Position numbers and translations under genes: made by a program
Shown here: piece by piece, positions 16,129-25,697 of the stretch
Layout: every line of letters begins with the position of its first letter
Position numbering within the stretch: position 1 is the stretch's first letter
NCBI GenBank assembly: GCA_016235255.1
Contig: JACRLM010000066.1
Coordinates: 4,179 to 68,178, forward strand
DNA: 64,000 nucleotides
From: Nitrospinota bacterium
Lineage (GTDB): Bacteria; Nitrospinota_A; UBA7883; JACRLM01
Reading direction: 5' to 3'
Notes under the pieces: model-generated
What the model was told of the DNA's origin: nothing
Seen by the model: only the letters and a program-made list of their open reading frames with translations
The model's database searches: none

Positions 16129-17145
16129 ATGGGGCAGATGACAGATCACACAGCGGAAGTTTCTCCGGGCGGCAACGAGACGCCAAAAGTCCGCCCACGT
16201 ATAGCCGTTGTGATTCCTTGCTACAAGGTGGGAGATATGGCGCTGGGGGTGATCGAAAGGATCGGCCCGGAGGTAAATTCAATCTATGTGGTGGACGACG
16301 CATGCCCGGAAAAAATCGGCCAGAGGGTCCAGGAAAAATGCCGCGATCCAAGGGTGCGGGTCCTATTCCACGATATCAACCAGGGGGTTGGCGGGGCGGT
16401 GATGACCGGATACGCAAAGGCCCTTGAAGAGGGCGCGGACATCATCGTGAAGCTCGACGGCGACGGGCAGATGGACCCGGCCATGATCCCGCGCCTTGTA
16501 AAGCCGCTTATAGACGAAGAGGCGGACTATTCCAAGGGGAACCGTTTTTTTTCATTGGAGGCGGCGCGCTCCATGCCCGCGGTGCGCTGGTTCGGCAACA
16601 TCGGCCTGTCATTCCTGGCCAAGCTTTCGACAGGTTATTGGGACATATTCGACCCGGCCAACGGATTCACCGCCATAAACGCCACGGTACTGCGGCTTTT
16701 GCCCATGGAAAAAATAAGCCGCCGTTATTTTTTCGAGACCGACATGCTATTCCGGCTCAACACCATACAGGCCGTGGTGGCGGACATGCCCATGAACGCA
16801 AAATACGGCGACGAGAAGAGCGGCCTTAGCGTCACCTCCTCTTTCTTCGAGTTCTCCGCCCGGCATATCGCAAACCTGTTCAAGCGGATAATTTACAACT
16901 ATTATCTGCGCGACTTTAACATCGCCTCGCTGGAACTTGCCGCCGGGCTTGCCATGGGCTCCTTCGGGACCGTTTTCGGGCTTTACCACTGGATCACAAG
17001 CGTGGCCAGGGGCGAGGCGGCCACGGCAGGCACCGTGATGCTTGCGGCGCTGCCTGTGATCCTGGGGGCGCAGTTGATCCTGGCTTTCCTCTCGTTTGAC
17101 GTTAGCGCAAGGCCCGCATGGCCAATCTCAAAAAAGCTGAAGTGA
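16129..17145 (+). CDS. GT2 polyprenol-phosphate glycosyltransferase (GtrB/ArnC/DPM1-like) with C-terminal TM helices
   Basis: RIAVVIPCYKVGD...VVDDACPE...KLDGDGQMD is the GT2 DXD fold. The C-terminal ~60 aa are hydrophobic. The ATG at 16138 has the better SD (GGGG) and may be the true start. Confidence 0.8.
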   Translation: MGQMTDHTAEVSPGGNETPKVRPRIAVVIPCYKVGDMALGVIERIGPEVNSIYVVDDACPEKIGQRVQEKCRDPRVRVLFHDINQGVGGAVMTGYAKALEEGADIIVKLDGDGQMDPAMIPRLVKPLIDEEADYSKGNRFFSLEAARSMPAVRWFGNIGLSFLAKLSTGYWDIFDPANGFTAINATVLRLLPMEKISRRYFFETDMLFRLNTIQAVVADMPMNAKYGDEKSGLSVTSSFFEFSARHIANLFKRIIYNYYLRDFNIASLELAAGLAMGSFGTVFGLYHWITSVARGEAATAGTVMLAALPVILGAQLILAFLSFDVSARPAWPISKKLK

Positions 17146-18029
17146 TTGCGGACGGCGCTTCCATGGGCCAGGAGACGGTGGAGTATGTCAAAGGGAGCCT
17201 TACGGACGAGGAGATCGGCAAAACGGTCTCATTGCTAAAGGTTGTCTGGCCGGACGCGGGCTTTACCCGGGAATATATAAACTGGCTGTATCGTGAAAAT
17301 CCCTCCGGGCGGGCTGAAATATTCAATGCGTGGGACAAGGGGGAGATCGTCGCCCATTACGCGGCCATCCCGGTCAAGGCGCGCCTTTTCGGCGAGCTTG
17401 AAAAAGGGCTGCTGTCGCTGAATATCGCCGTGAGCCCCGCGCACAGGGCCAGGGGATACTTCAAGGCATTGGGATCTCGGACGTTTGAGAGCGCTTGTGA
17501 ACGCGGTTTTGGTTTCGCCGCCGGTGTAGCCAACGCAAACAGCACCTTGCTTTTCAGAAGACAACTGCGCTTCCAACTGGTCTGCCCCCTTGACGTGAAG
17601 ATCGGCGCTGGCCCAATCGCCCGATCTCCGGGGCGCGGCGGGGAGGAGCGGGACTATATCCAAAGCTGGGACGGGCAAACGCTCTCATGGCGTCTGCGCA
17701 GGCCGGGGGCAAAGTACAGGTGCATCAAACGAGTTGGATCCATGTCCGTATTCGCCCACACCGGCAAATACGGGATATGGGCCGTCATGAATGATATTGA
17801 CCCCGCCGGAGTCGCGCCGCCGGAGGCAGGCCATTTGCGATGGAATCCGCTTAACGTATGGATAGGACTAAATCCTGAATACGACTGGGCGAAATCGGCG
17901 TATATAAATCTTCCGGAACGGTTCAAGCCGTCACCACTTAATTTGATTTTCAGGGATTTGACCGGGCGTGGCCGCGTCCTTGATCCGCAAAAGACCGTTT
18001 TTTCCCTTCTCGACTTTGACGCGTACTGA
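17118..18029 (+). CDS. GNAT-family N-acyltransferase (putative)
   Basis: 303 aa. Core IVAHYAAIPV...LSLNIAVSPAHRARGY resembles GNAT motif A (acetyl-CoA binding R/Q-x-x-G-x-G/A). Overlaps the GT2 stop by 28 nt, suggesting an operon. Confidence 0.5.
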   Translation: MANLKKAEVIADGASMGQETVEYVKGSLTDEEIGKTVSLLKVVWPDAGFTREYINWLYRENPSGRAEIFNAWDKGEIVAHYAAIPVKARLFGELEKGLLSLNIAVSPAHRARGYFKALGSRTFESACERGFGFAAGVANANSTLLFRRQLRFQLVCPLDVKIGAGPIARSPGRGGEERDYIQSWDGQTLSWRLRRPGAKYRCIKRVGSMSVFAHTGKYGIWAVMNDIDPAGVAPPEAGHLRWNPLNVWIGLNPEYDWAKSAYINLPERFKPSPLNLIFRDLTGRGRVLDPQKTVFSLLDFDAY

Positions 18030-18030
18030 C

Positions 18031-18837
18031 ATGAGCGCCGGCAAGTCCGCGGCCCTGTTCTTCTTCCCCCATCAGGACGACGAGTACGGAGTCTTTCAGC
18101 AGATCGCCGATGATCTGCAATCAGGCCATCGTGTTTGTTGCGTCTATATTACCGATGGCGGCATGGTTATAAGTGAACGCCGCAACGCGGAGTCTCTGGC
18201 CGTGCTCAAGCGGTTGGGAGCGCAGCGGCAGGATGTCTTCTTCGCTGGCACGGAACTGGGTATCCCCGACGGCGGACTGCCGGAGCATCTGGAGACCGCC
18301 GCCGGATGGATACGCGGCTGGCTGACAGGCTTTGAGCGCGTGGCGGCGATATATGCGCCGGCATGGGAGGGGGGGCATCCCGATCACGACGCGCTTCATG
18401 CGTTAGTGGCTCATATCGCGCGGGAGCGGGGAATGCTGGAAATCGTCCGGCAGTATTCGCTATATAACAGCTATCAGCTCCCCGGCCCTCTGTTCAGGGT
18501 GTTTCTCCCGCTGCCGGAAAACGGCCAGGCCACAAGAACAAGGATTCCATGGAAAAACCGTTTCCGGTTCCTGCGCCTTTGCCTGTGCTATCCATCCCAG
18601 GCTAAAACATGGCTTGGGCTTTTCCCATGCGTCATGTTCCATTATCTGACCAAGGGCTCCCAACTGCTTCAGCCGGTCTCGGCCGGGCGGATCGGCCAGC
18701 GCCCCCACGAAGGGAGGCTGTACTACGAAAAGCGGAGTTTTTTCACATGGGAGAAAATGAGCGCATGCCTTGCCAACTGGCAGTCCGCCCAAGGAATTGG
18801 CGTGGACGCGCCCGGCGGTGGTAAAATCGGCAAATGA
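18031..18837 (+). CDS. PIG-L/LmbE-family N-acetylglucosaminyl deacetylase
   Basis: ALFFFPHQDDEY (PIG-L HPDDE metal site) and HPDHDALH (second His motif). Starts 2 nt after the GNAT stop. Confidence 0.75.
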   Translation: MSAGKSAALFFFPHQDDEYGVFQQIADDLQSGHRVCCVYITDGGMVISERRNAESLAVLKRLGAQRQDVFFAGTELGIPDGGLPEHLETAAGWIRGWLTGFERVAAIYAPAWEGGHPDHDALHALVAHIARERGMLEIVRQYSLYNSYQLPGPLFRVFLPLPENGQATRTRIPWKNRFRFLRLCLCYPSQAKTWLGLFPCVMFHYLTKGSQLLQPVSAGRIGQRPHEGRLYYEKRSFFTWEKMSACLANWQSAQGIGVDAPGGGKIGK

Positions 18838-20750
18838 ATATGCGCGCAAGGGCCGTCATGCTGGCCGTTTCAGGGGCATTATGCCTGGCCCTTTTCACCG
18901 CGGTTTTCCAGATGTATAACCATTCCATTTACTACCCAGACCAGAATGCGCGCGGTGATTTCTGGCGGGGGATATCGGAGTATGCGGCCGATCCTTCGAC
19001 CGGGAAAATACCGTTTCAAATTCCCGGCCCGCAGGACCAATGGGCCGGCCCAGGGGCCAAAAAGATTGCGCTTCCAGTCCATTCCTTGGCCGGCGCGGAG
19101 CTTGTCATTAAACTTGCCGACACCCACCCCTCCCAACCTCCGGAGCTAATGGTGGAAGCCGATGGCCGCGTTTTGAGAATGTTTCAAACACCCGCCGGAA
19201 GCGGCCAGTCCGAAGGCAAGTGGCTTGAGGCCGGCGGAAAGTCCGCGTTCACGGTGCATGTCCCCGCCAACTTGCTCCGGCCCAACACCATAGTCCACTT
19301 AAGCTCGGCGAAAGGTTCATGGGCGGCCATCGAGTCCATCGAAATAAGCCCGGACGTCCCTTTGTGGAGCGTTATCGGCTCCTTGACGCTGCTGCTTGCG
19401 CTGCTTTACTCGCTCAGGTCATACCCGCCACGGATCCGCGGCTTTATCGTGTCCGTGGACTGGGCCATCCCGGGGCGGATATTTTTCGCGGGGGTCATCG
19501 CCCTTACCGTGCTCAGCTTCGAGGCTCCCGATTGGGACAAAGTCTCCTTGCAGCCCGATTCGTCCGGGTATATGCCTCCGGCCGACAGTTACCGCACATA
19601 CGGCTATCCGCTGTTCATAAAGCTTGTGGCCGGGGACAACCTCAGGGAGGACCTGCATGATTTCAACGCGAAACGCGGCCGCTTCGTGGCCGTGGCAAGG
19701 GCGCAGAAGATTGTTCTGTTCTTTTCGTTGCTGGCCCTGTTTTTCAGCCTTTCCGCCGTTGTGACCACATTCCCGGCGTTCGTGTTCTGCTATTGGTTCT
19801 ACCTGTCCGGATTTCTTGTCAATCCTTACTCCGGCGGGAGCGCGCTGCTGGCCGAGACGCTCACGCAGTCATTTGTTCTGCTGGCCGTCTCGTCCCTTTT
19901 ACTATCGTTGCGCTGGCCCGGCCTGATTTTGTCCACTTCCTGCGCCCTTTTCTCCGGGCTTGCCATGACCGCAAGGCCGGACAGCGCATATACCGTCCTT
20001 TTCCTGGGGGCGGTGGCTGTCATCCTTTACTCAAGAAAGCGCGGACGCTGGCTTGCATACAGCCTGATCCCGGCGCTGCTCTTCGGGGGCATTTATGTTT
20101 CCATGTCTGGTTCCGTGTCCTCGATGCAAAGCCAGACACAGATGCGCGTGGCCCTTCAATTTGTCACCGAGGAGGACATCGCCAATCTGCCGGACGAGGA
20201 AGCGAAGGCTTTTATCAGGAAATGCCTGGAGTTTAAAAAAGAAAGCGATTTGAAAATATTGCGCGGCCGCGACCGCCGCGAGGTTCCCGATTTCGAGTTT
20301 TATGACCCGAATTTTTTTGACGTGGCGGGCAAGGCCTTTGCGCAGACGCCGGGAAAAGACCCGGAGGCGCTGATGAAAAAGACCGCGCCGCTGATATTGG
20401 CCGCCCACCGCATGGAATGGCTGCGTGTCACATATGAGGGATTCTATTACGGCGCCAGACTGATGACCCGTTTTGGAAGCGAAGCGCTGGGGCTGTCGCT
20501 GGTCAATTACATCCCGTATATTCTGCTGACGCTGGCGGCCCTGGCCCTCCTTGAAGCGGAAATCGGAGCCGTCTGCCTGGCCCTTTTTCTTGGGCACCTT
20601 TTGCATTCGTTCATATGCTCGGTGTATCTGCATCCGCAGGAAAGGTACATCTTCGCTTCCGAATGGCTTGTGGTTCTGGCGGCGTACCTGGCGGTGTTCG
20701 CGTTTTACGATATCGGAATAAGGCGGGCCCGTTCCGGGGCCGCCCGTTAG
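18834..20750 (+). CDS. Large polytopic membrane protein with an N-terminal periplasmic domain (possible GT-C-type glycosyl/oligosaccharyl transferase)
   Basis: 638 aa. Signal-anchor, then a ~160-aa soluble domain, then at least 9 hydrophobic helices. Overlaps the PIG-L stop by 4 nt. No diagnostic motif was recognised, so the function is inferred from context only. Confidence 0.5.
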   Translation: MNMRARAVMLAVSGALCLALFTAVFQMYNHSIYYPDQNARGDFWRGISEYAADPSTGKIPFQIPGPQDQWAGPGAKKIALPVHSLAGAELVIKLADTHPSQPPELMVEADGRVLRMFQTPAGSGQSEGKWLEAGGKSAFTVHVPANLLRPNTIVHLSSAKGSWAAIESIEISPDVPLWSVIGSLTLLLALLYSLRSYPPRIRGFIVSVDWAIPGRIFFAGVIALTVLSFEAPDWDKVSLQPDSSGYMPPADSYRTYGYPLFIKLVAGDNLREDLHDFNAKRGRFVAVARAQKIVLFFSLLALFFSLSAVVTTFPAFVFCYWFYLSGFLVNPYSGGSALLAETLTQSFVLLAVSSLLLSLRWPGLILSTSCALFSGLAMTARPDSAYTVLFLGAVAVILYSRKRGRWLAYSLIPALLFGGIYVSMSGSVSSMQSQTQMRVALQFVTEEDIANLPDEEAKAFIRKCLEFKKESDLKILRGRDRREVPDFEFYDPNFFDVAGKAFAQTPGKDPEALMKKTAPLILAAHRMEWLRVTYEGFYYGARLMTRFGSEALGLSLVNYIPYILLTLAALALLEAEIGAVCLALFLGHLLHSFICSVYLHPQERYIFASEWLVVLAAYLAVFAFYDIGIRRARSGAAR

Positions 20751-20840
20751 ACAGCCAGACCCTGGCGGGCTAAAAGCGCGGGAAAATCACTGCGACAGCG
20801 CCTTCCAATACCGCGGGCGCGGACCCGGCGCATTGAAAAA

Positions 20841-20918
20841 TGGTGCGCCCGGCAGGATTCGAACCTGCGGCCTACGGATTAGAAGTCCGTTGCTCTATCC
20901 TGCTGAGCTACGGGCGCC
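20841..20918 (-). tRNA. tRNA-Arg (anticodon UCU)
   Basis: Reverse complement: GGCGCCCGTAGCTCAGCAGGATAGAGCAACGGACTTCTAATCCGTAGGCCGCAGGTTCGAATCCTGCCGGGCGCACCA. Cloverleaf with D-loop AGCTCAGCAGGATAGAGC, anticodon loop CTTCTAA, TPsiC GGTTCGAATCC and an encoded CCA. The track ORF 20840..21043 is an artefact of this gene. Confidence 0.9.
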
Positions 20919-21112
20919 ACGTTTGTTTATTTCAAACCATCGCGGCGTTTAATTCAAGCCGATATTCGCTCAGACCCGTTTTTTGCCGCCGTTTTCAGCC
21001 CTGTTTCGCGTTTCACGCGCCGCGCTGTGGATATTATCCCTAACATCGGGATGTCCGCAACGTTTATCGGGGACGGGAAAGGAGGCATAAAACGACTATC
21101 ATGAAAATATAG

Positions 21113-21709
21113 TTGAATTTCATGGCGCACTCTTATATATATAGCGGGGTAGAGCGCGAGGGGGGAGCAAAAACGCTTGTCAAACATTGGAGACGGAACA
21201 TGAACGAGACTCTGGAAAACAAACCTTCGGCGGTGAGTGGTAATTTGGAAGATGATGCCATGGGAATAGTCCGAAAGCACGTTTACGCGGCCATGGGTTT
21301 CGGGCTTCTGCCAATCCCCGGTTTTGACATTGTGGCCATGACCGGCACACAGCTGAACCTCGTGAGGATGCTGTCGAACCTTTACGGCGTCGGCTTTAAG
21401 AAAGAGGCGGTCAAGGGGATCATCGGTTCGCTTGTGGGCGGGTTCACTCCGGTCGCTTTCGCGGCTCCGGTGGCATCGCTGCTCAAGCTGATACCCGTGG
21501 TCGGCCAGACGGCCGGCGGGCTTTCCCTTTCACTCACCGGCGGCGCATCTACGTACGCCCTGGGCAAGGTGTTCATCCAGCACTTTGCGTCCGGCGGAAC
21601 GATGCTCACCTTCGATCCGGCCGCGATGAAGAACTATTACACCGAGAAGTACTGCGAGGGGATCAAGGTCGCCTCCGAAATGAAGGAAGCGAAGGCCAAA
21701 GGCGCCTGA
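21113..21709 (+). CDS. Hypothetical protein, DUF697/YcjF-like (Gly-rich amphipathic C-terminal half)
   Basis: Open frame ending 14 nt before a strong terminator. The first 29 codons may be 5' UTR, with the real start at the M of MNETLENK (21200). Pattern LLPIPGFDIV...NLVRMLSNLYG recalls DUF697. Low functional confidence. Confidence 0.4.
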   Translation: MNFMAHSYIYSGVEREGGAKTLVKHWRRNMNETLENKPSAVSGNLEDDAMGIVRKHVYAAMGFGLLPIPGFDIVAMTGTQLNLVRMLSNLYGVGFKKEAVKGIIGSLVGGFTPVAFAAPVASLLKLIPVVGQTAGGLSLSLTGGASTYALGKVFIQHFASGGTMLTFDPAAMKNYYTEKYCEGIKVASEMKEAKAKGA

Positions 21710-21722
21710 GCGAACACTGTTG

Positions 21723-21765
21723 AACGTTCCCGCCGGTGTTTTTGCGCCGGCGGGTTTTTATTTTT
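21723..21765 (+). terminator. Rho-independent terminator
   Basis: CCCGCCGGtgtttttgcgCCGGCGGGttttTattttt: 8-bp GC stem plus T-tract. Confidence 0.75.
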
Positions 21766-21906
21766 GCGCGCCCGGCGGCCAGCCTTGAGCGCGGCTTTTT
21801 GTCTGGCCTGTTTTTCTCTTCCGGCGTTGACCAGCCAATCCGCGCGTAATATCATTAGGAGCCCTTGGGGGCTTCATTGGTGGCGTGGCAATCAGCATAA
21901 TTAAAG

Positions 21907-23565
21907 ATGACGAACATAAACCGCGGTTACGGATTCTCCACGATCGTTAATTTCTACAGGAGGGAGGTGGAGTCCCCCGGAACCAGGATACTGATAATGG
22001 CCACGGTGTCCGGCATTTCCGGAGCCGTGCTGCTGGGCCTTATCAACATGGCGGCGCAGATGGCCTCTGAGCGGGAGATACACGCCCGGCTGTTCTCGTT
22101 GTTCATCGCCGCGCTCCTTCTTTACATATACACCAGAAGATTCGCCCTCGAAGAGGCCACCAGCGGGGCCGAAGTGGCGGTGAACAAGGTTCGGGTGCGG
22201 ATCACGGACAAACTGCGCCGGGCGGACCTGCAATTCATCGAGGGAGTCGGGGACACCAAGATATACACCCGGATAAGCCAGGAGACCGCGCTGTTGTCCC
22301 AGGCCGCGTTCATCATCGTGGACGCGCTGCAGTCGGTGATACTGCTTGTGGCGTGCTTTGCCTACATATTCATTATATCCGGCCTTGCGTTCATGATGAC
22401 AGTCGCGGCGATCGCCGTGGGCATTTCCCTCTATTTCGTGAACACCAAGGAAATAAACAGGGAGATGCGGCAGGCCGCCGCCAAGGAAGAGGAGTTTTTC
22501 GAGCTGCTCAGCCACGTGCTGGCGGGATTTAAGGAGATAAAGCTAAACCACAGGCGCAACGAGGAGATTTACCGGGTCATAAAGGGAGTGGCGGACGAGA
22601 CCCAGCGGCTCAAGCTGAACACCAACAGCAAGTTTCTTGTGGACTACATGTTCGGCCAGGTGTTCTTTTACGCATTGCTGGGCGTAATGGTCTTCGTGCT
22701 GCCGGCGATGGTGGAGATAGACGCAAAGGACGTGGCCAAGCTTGCCTCCACGCTTCTTTTCATCATCGGGCCGCTGACGGCGGCGGTGTCGTCCGTGCAG
22801 ATATTCTCCAAGACCTCCATTTCCATAGAAAACCTGTACTCGCTGGAGGAAATGATAGACAACTCCACGAAGCTCGCCGCTTCCGCCCCCCCGCCCCCCG
22901 TCACCCCGGCCTTTGAGCTGATAACCCTGGAGAACCTGGTGTTCAATTATATGGACCAGACCGGCGCGAGCGCGTTCCAGGTGGGGCCTGTGGACATGGA
23001 GATAAAGCGGGGAGAGACCATATTTCTGGTGGGCGGCAACGGATCGGGCAAGTCCACGCTGTTAAAGCTTATGACGGGGCTTTACAATCCGCGGTCGGGC
23101 AAAATAAAGATAGACGGGAAATTTGTGGAGGCCTCCGGAATGCAGGGATACCGGGAGTATTTCACCGCGATCTTCGGCGATTTCCACCTTTTCGACAGGC
23201 TTTACGGGCTTGAGGGGGTGGCCGACGGGAGGGTGGACGAGCTTTTGCGCCTGGTGATGCTGGAAAAGAAGACCGAATTCAGGGACGGCAAGTTTTCCAA
23301 CCTGGAGCTTTCCACCGGGCAGCGCAAAAGGCTGGCCCTGGTGGTGTCGTTCCTGGAGGACAAACCCATATATGTGTTTGACGAGTGGGCGGCCGACCAG
23401 GATCCGGAGTTCCGCCGGTTTTTCTACGACACCATCCTGTCCGGGCTCAAGGAGCGGGGGAAGACCGTGATAGCCGTCTCGCACGACGACCGTTATTTCA
23501 AGCACGCCGACAGGACGTTGCGCATGGACTACGGCCGGGTTGTGGAAGCCACCGATAACAGATAA
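21907..23565 (+). CDS. Cyclic-peptide export ABC transporter (SyrD/PvdE family), fused permease-ATPase
   Basis: N-terminal 6-TM domain. Walker A LVGGNGSGKSTLLKL, signature LSTGQRKRLALV, and the family-specific Walker B YVFDEWAADQDP found in SyrD/PvdE-type NRPS product exporters. Confidence 0.85.
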   Translation: MTNINRGYGFSTIVNFYRREVESPGTRILIMATVSGISGAVLLGLINMAAQMASEREIHARLFSLFIAALLLYIYTRRFALEEATSGAEVAVNKVRVRITDKLRRADLQFIEGVGDTKIYTRISQETALLSQAAFIIVDALQSVILLVACFAYIFIISGLAFMMTVAAIAVGISLYFVNTKEINREMRQAAAKEEEFFELLSHVLAGFKEIKLNHRRNEEIYRVIKGVADETQRLKLNTNSKFLVDYMFGQVFFYALLGVMVFVLPAMVEIDAKDVAKLASTLLFIIGPLTAAVSSVQIFSKTSISIENLYSLEEMIDNSTKLAASAPPPPVTPAFELITLENLVFNYMDQTGASAFQVGPVDMEIKRGETIFLVGGNGSGKSTLLKLMTGLYNPRSGKIKIDGKFVEASGMQGYREYFTAIFGDFHLFDRLYGLEGVADGRVDELLRLVMLEKKTEFRDGKFSNLELSTGQRKRLALVVSFLEDKPIYVFDEWAADQDPEFRRFFYDTILSGLKERGKTVIAVSHDDRYFKHADRTLRMDYGRVVEATDNR

Positions 23566-23571
23566 CATACT

Positions 23572-24450
23572 TTGACCAAAGCGGACGGAAAAATGGAAGA
23601 AAAGAAAACGCTAAGACAAAGGATCAGGGAACGGCTGTACCGGAACCTGCCTTACCTGATAATACTTTCCATAACCCTGATATTCCTGTTCATATTATTC
23701 TTCCCCAGGATTGTGATAACCATCCACGCCGGCCGGGCCGGGGTGCTGTACAAAAGGCTGACGGTGGGAACCGTGACCGACTATGTGTACCCTGAAGGGC
23801 TGTACCTTATCGCCCCATGGAACAGGATGTACATCTACAACGTGCGCAAGCAGGTGGTGACGAAGGACTACAGTTTCATGACGGCCAAGGGGCTGCCGGT
23901 GACGCTCACCATATCCATACGCTATCAGCCGGACTACGATTTCCTCGGGTACCTGCACAAATCGCTGGGTCCGGACTATCTGGACGTGGTGGTGTGGCCC
24001 AGCGTGGAGGCGACGATAAGGCAGGTCATCAGCAAGTTGAACGTGGAGGAGGTCTATTCCACGCAGGAATCGGTGCTAAGCAAGCTTGTCAACGAGGCGC
24101 TGGACGACGCCGCCAGCGGATTTGTGATGATCGACGATGTTCTTATAAGGAAGGTGAGCCTTCCCGCCAACATCCAGACGGCGGTGGAAAAGAAGCTCAC
24201 CAACGAACAGGAGTTCCAGGCGTATGAGTTCATCCTGAAGAAAGAGGCGCAGGAGGCGGAGCGCAAGCGCATAGAGGCGCGAGGCATAAGAGACTTCCAG
24301 GCGACCGTGAAGGAGACGCTGAACGCCGACGTGCTCAAGCTTCGCGGAGTGATGGCCACCGAGCAGCTGGCGACATCCCAGAACGCCAAGACGATAGTGA
24401 TCGGCGGAGGCAAGGACGGGCTGCCTGTGATATTGAATGGCAAAGAATGA
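23572..24450 (+). CDS. SPFH/band-7 (prohibitin/HflC-like) membrane protein
   Basis: N-terminal TM anchor (LPYLIILSITLIFLFILFF), then an SPFH core (RAGVLYKRLTVGTV...APWNRMYIYNVRKQ) and a C-terminal coiled-coil (EQEFQAYEFILKKEAQEAERKRIEARG). Confidence 0.75.
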   Translation: MTKADGKMEEKKTLRQRIRERLYRNLPYLIILSITLIFLFILFFPRIVITIHAGRAGVLYKRLTVGTVTDYVYPEGLYLIAPWNRMYIYNVRKQVVTKDYSFMTAKGLPVTLTISIRYQPDYDFLGYLHKSLGPDYLDVVVWPSVEATIRQVISKLNVEEVYSTQESVLSKLVNEALDDAASGFVMIDDVLIRKVSLPANIQTAVEKKLTNEQEFQAYEFILKKEAQEAERKRIEARGIRDFQATVKETLNADVLKLRGVMATEQLATSQNAKTIVIGGGKDGLPVILNGKE

Positions 24451-25649
24451 CATTTCCACCTGAAGGCCGTTTGCGGCCCTGGCCCCTTTTGGCCGCCGGA
24501 TATACGGGAAGAACGGTTTACGCATGCCTGGTTTTGGCGGCATGTTTTTTCATTATGTCGTGCCAGGACGGGCAGTCAACCGGGGCTGTCCGCAACGCCC
24601 GCGTGATGGACAGCGGGGAGGCGGTGATCGGCATTGTCTATCCCCGGGAGAAGACCGGCGAATCCTTCGCCAACGGCGCGCTTCTGGCGGTGGATGAGAT
24701 TAACGCACGCGGCGGGATAATGGGAAAGAAGCTGGCGCTGGAGATAATGGACGACCGGGGGGACCCCAGGGTCAGCGTGGAGATGGCGAAAAAAATAGCG
24801 AAAGACATGGACATCATCGCCGTCATCGGCCATCTTTCATCCGACGCGGCCATAGCCTCATCGCTGGCATATCATATCAATGACATGCTGTTCATGGCGC
24901 CCCAGGCCGCATCGCCATACCTTACGATGCACAAGTTCGAGACCGTTTTCCGCACCATTTCCAGCGACAGGCTGGTGGCGGCTAAGGCCCTTGAGTACAT
25001 GAAGAATAAAGGACTGACCAAGTTGATCATCGCCAACGAACAGTCCAGGTACGGAGTTGACCTTTCGCACTTGATGATCGCGCATTCAAAGGAGTTCGGG
25101 ATTACCGTGGTATCGCAGAAAAATTACTTTAACGCCGACACGGATTTCCGGCGCGGGCTGATCGGGATGCAGGACATGGACTTTGACGCGGTTTTCATAG
25201 CCGGCGGCTTTCCGGCGGGGGCGATCCTGATCCGGCAGATAAGGGAGATGGGCTTTAATCAGCCGATTTTCACCGGCGGCGCCCTGAACTCCCCGAAACT
25301 TATGGAGATCGCCGGAAAAGCCGCCGAAGGGGTGGTGTCCGCCAGCCATTTTTCCATGAGCGACCCCATTCCGGAGATGGCGGCCTTCGTCGCCAAATAC
25401 AGGGCGCGCTTTAAGGAGGAGCCGGAGCAGAATTCCGCGCGCAGTTACGAGGCGGTGTCGTTGCTGGCGCAGTCGCTTGAAAAATCGAAAAGTTTCAATC
25501 CCGTGGTAGTGGCCTCCACCTTCAAGGTGTACAAGCAGTGGCGCGGGCTCACGGGGCTGTATGATTTCACCCGTTACGGAGACGTAACAGGGCACAAGCT
25601 GTATCTGGAAACGGTGAAGAACGGCAAGTTTGAGCTTTTGATCGACTGA
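24447..25649 (+). CDS. Lipoprotein, branched-chain amino acid (LivJ/LivK-like, type-I periplasmic binding fold) substrate-binding protein with no adjacent permease genes
   Basis: Lipobox ...FFIMSCQDG. Core motifs VIGIVYPREKTGESFANGALLAVDEINARGGIMGKKL and DAVFIAGGFPAGAILIRQ. The ATGA start overlaps the SPFH stop. No LivHMGF-type permease or ATPase genes are adjacent. Confidence 0.8.
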   Translation: MTFPPEGRLRPWPLLAAGYTGRTVYACLVLAACFFIMSCQDGQSTGAVRNARVMDSGEAVIGIVYPREKTGESFANGALLAVDEINARGGIMGKKLALEIMDDRGDPRVSVEMAKKIAKDMDIIAVIGHLSSDAAIASSLAYHINDMLFMAPQAASPYLTMHKFETVFRTISSDRLVAAKALEYMKNKGLTKLIIANEQSRYGVDLSHLMIAHSKEFGITVVSQKNYFNADTDFRRGLIGMQDMDFDAVFIAGGFPAGAILIRQIREMGFNQPIFTGGALNSPKLMEIAGKAAEGVVSASHFSMSDPIPEMAAFVAKYRARFKEEPEQNSARSYEAVSLLAQSLEKSKSFNPVVVASTFKVYKQWRGLTGLYDFTRYGDVTGHKLYLETVKNGKFELLID

Positions 25650-25697
25650 TTATACGGCGGGGAGATGGCGCCCCGCAAAGGCGCAGGGAGGAAAGAC

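Noticed and set aside
14014-16149. 711-aa version of dsbD with a 113-residue N-terminal extension
   Set aside because: The extension reads through the intergenic region and has no signal-peptide logic. The conserved signal peptide MMKRFLLALFAVALAA begins at 15810.
20840-21043. 67-aa ORF MVRPAGFEPAAYGL...
   Set aside because: It is the sense-strand reading of the tRNA-Arg gene, which is encoded on the other strand, plus its flank.
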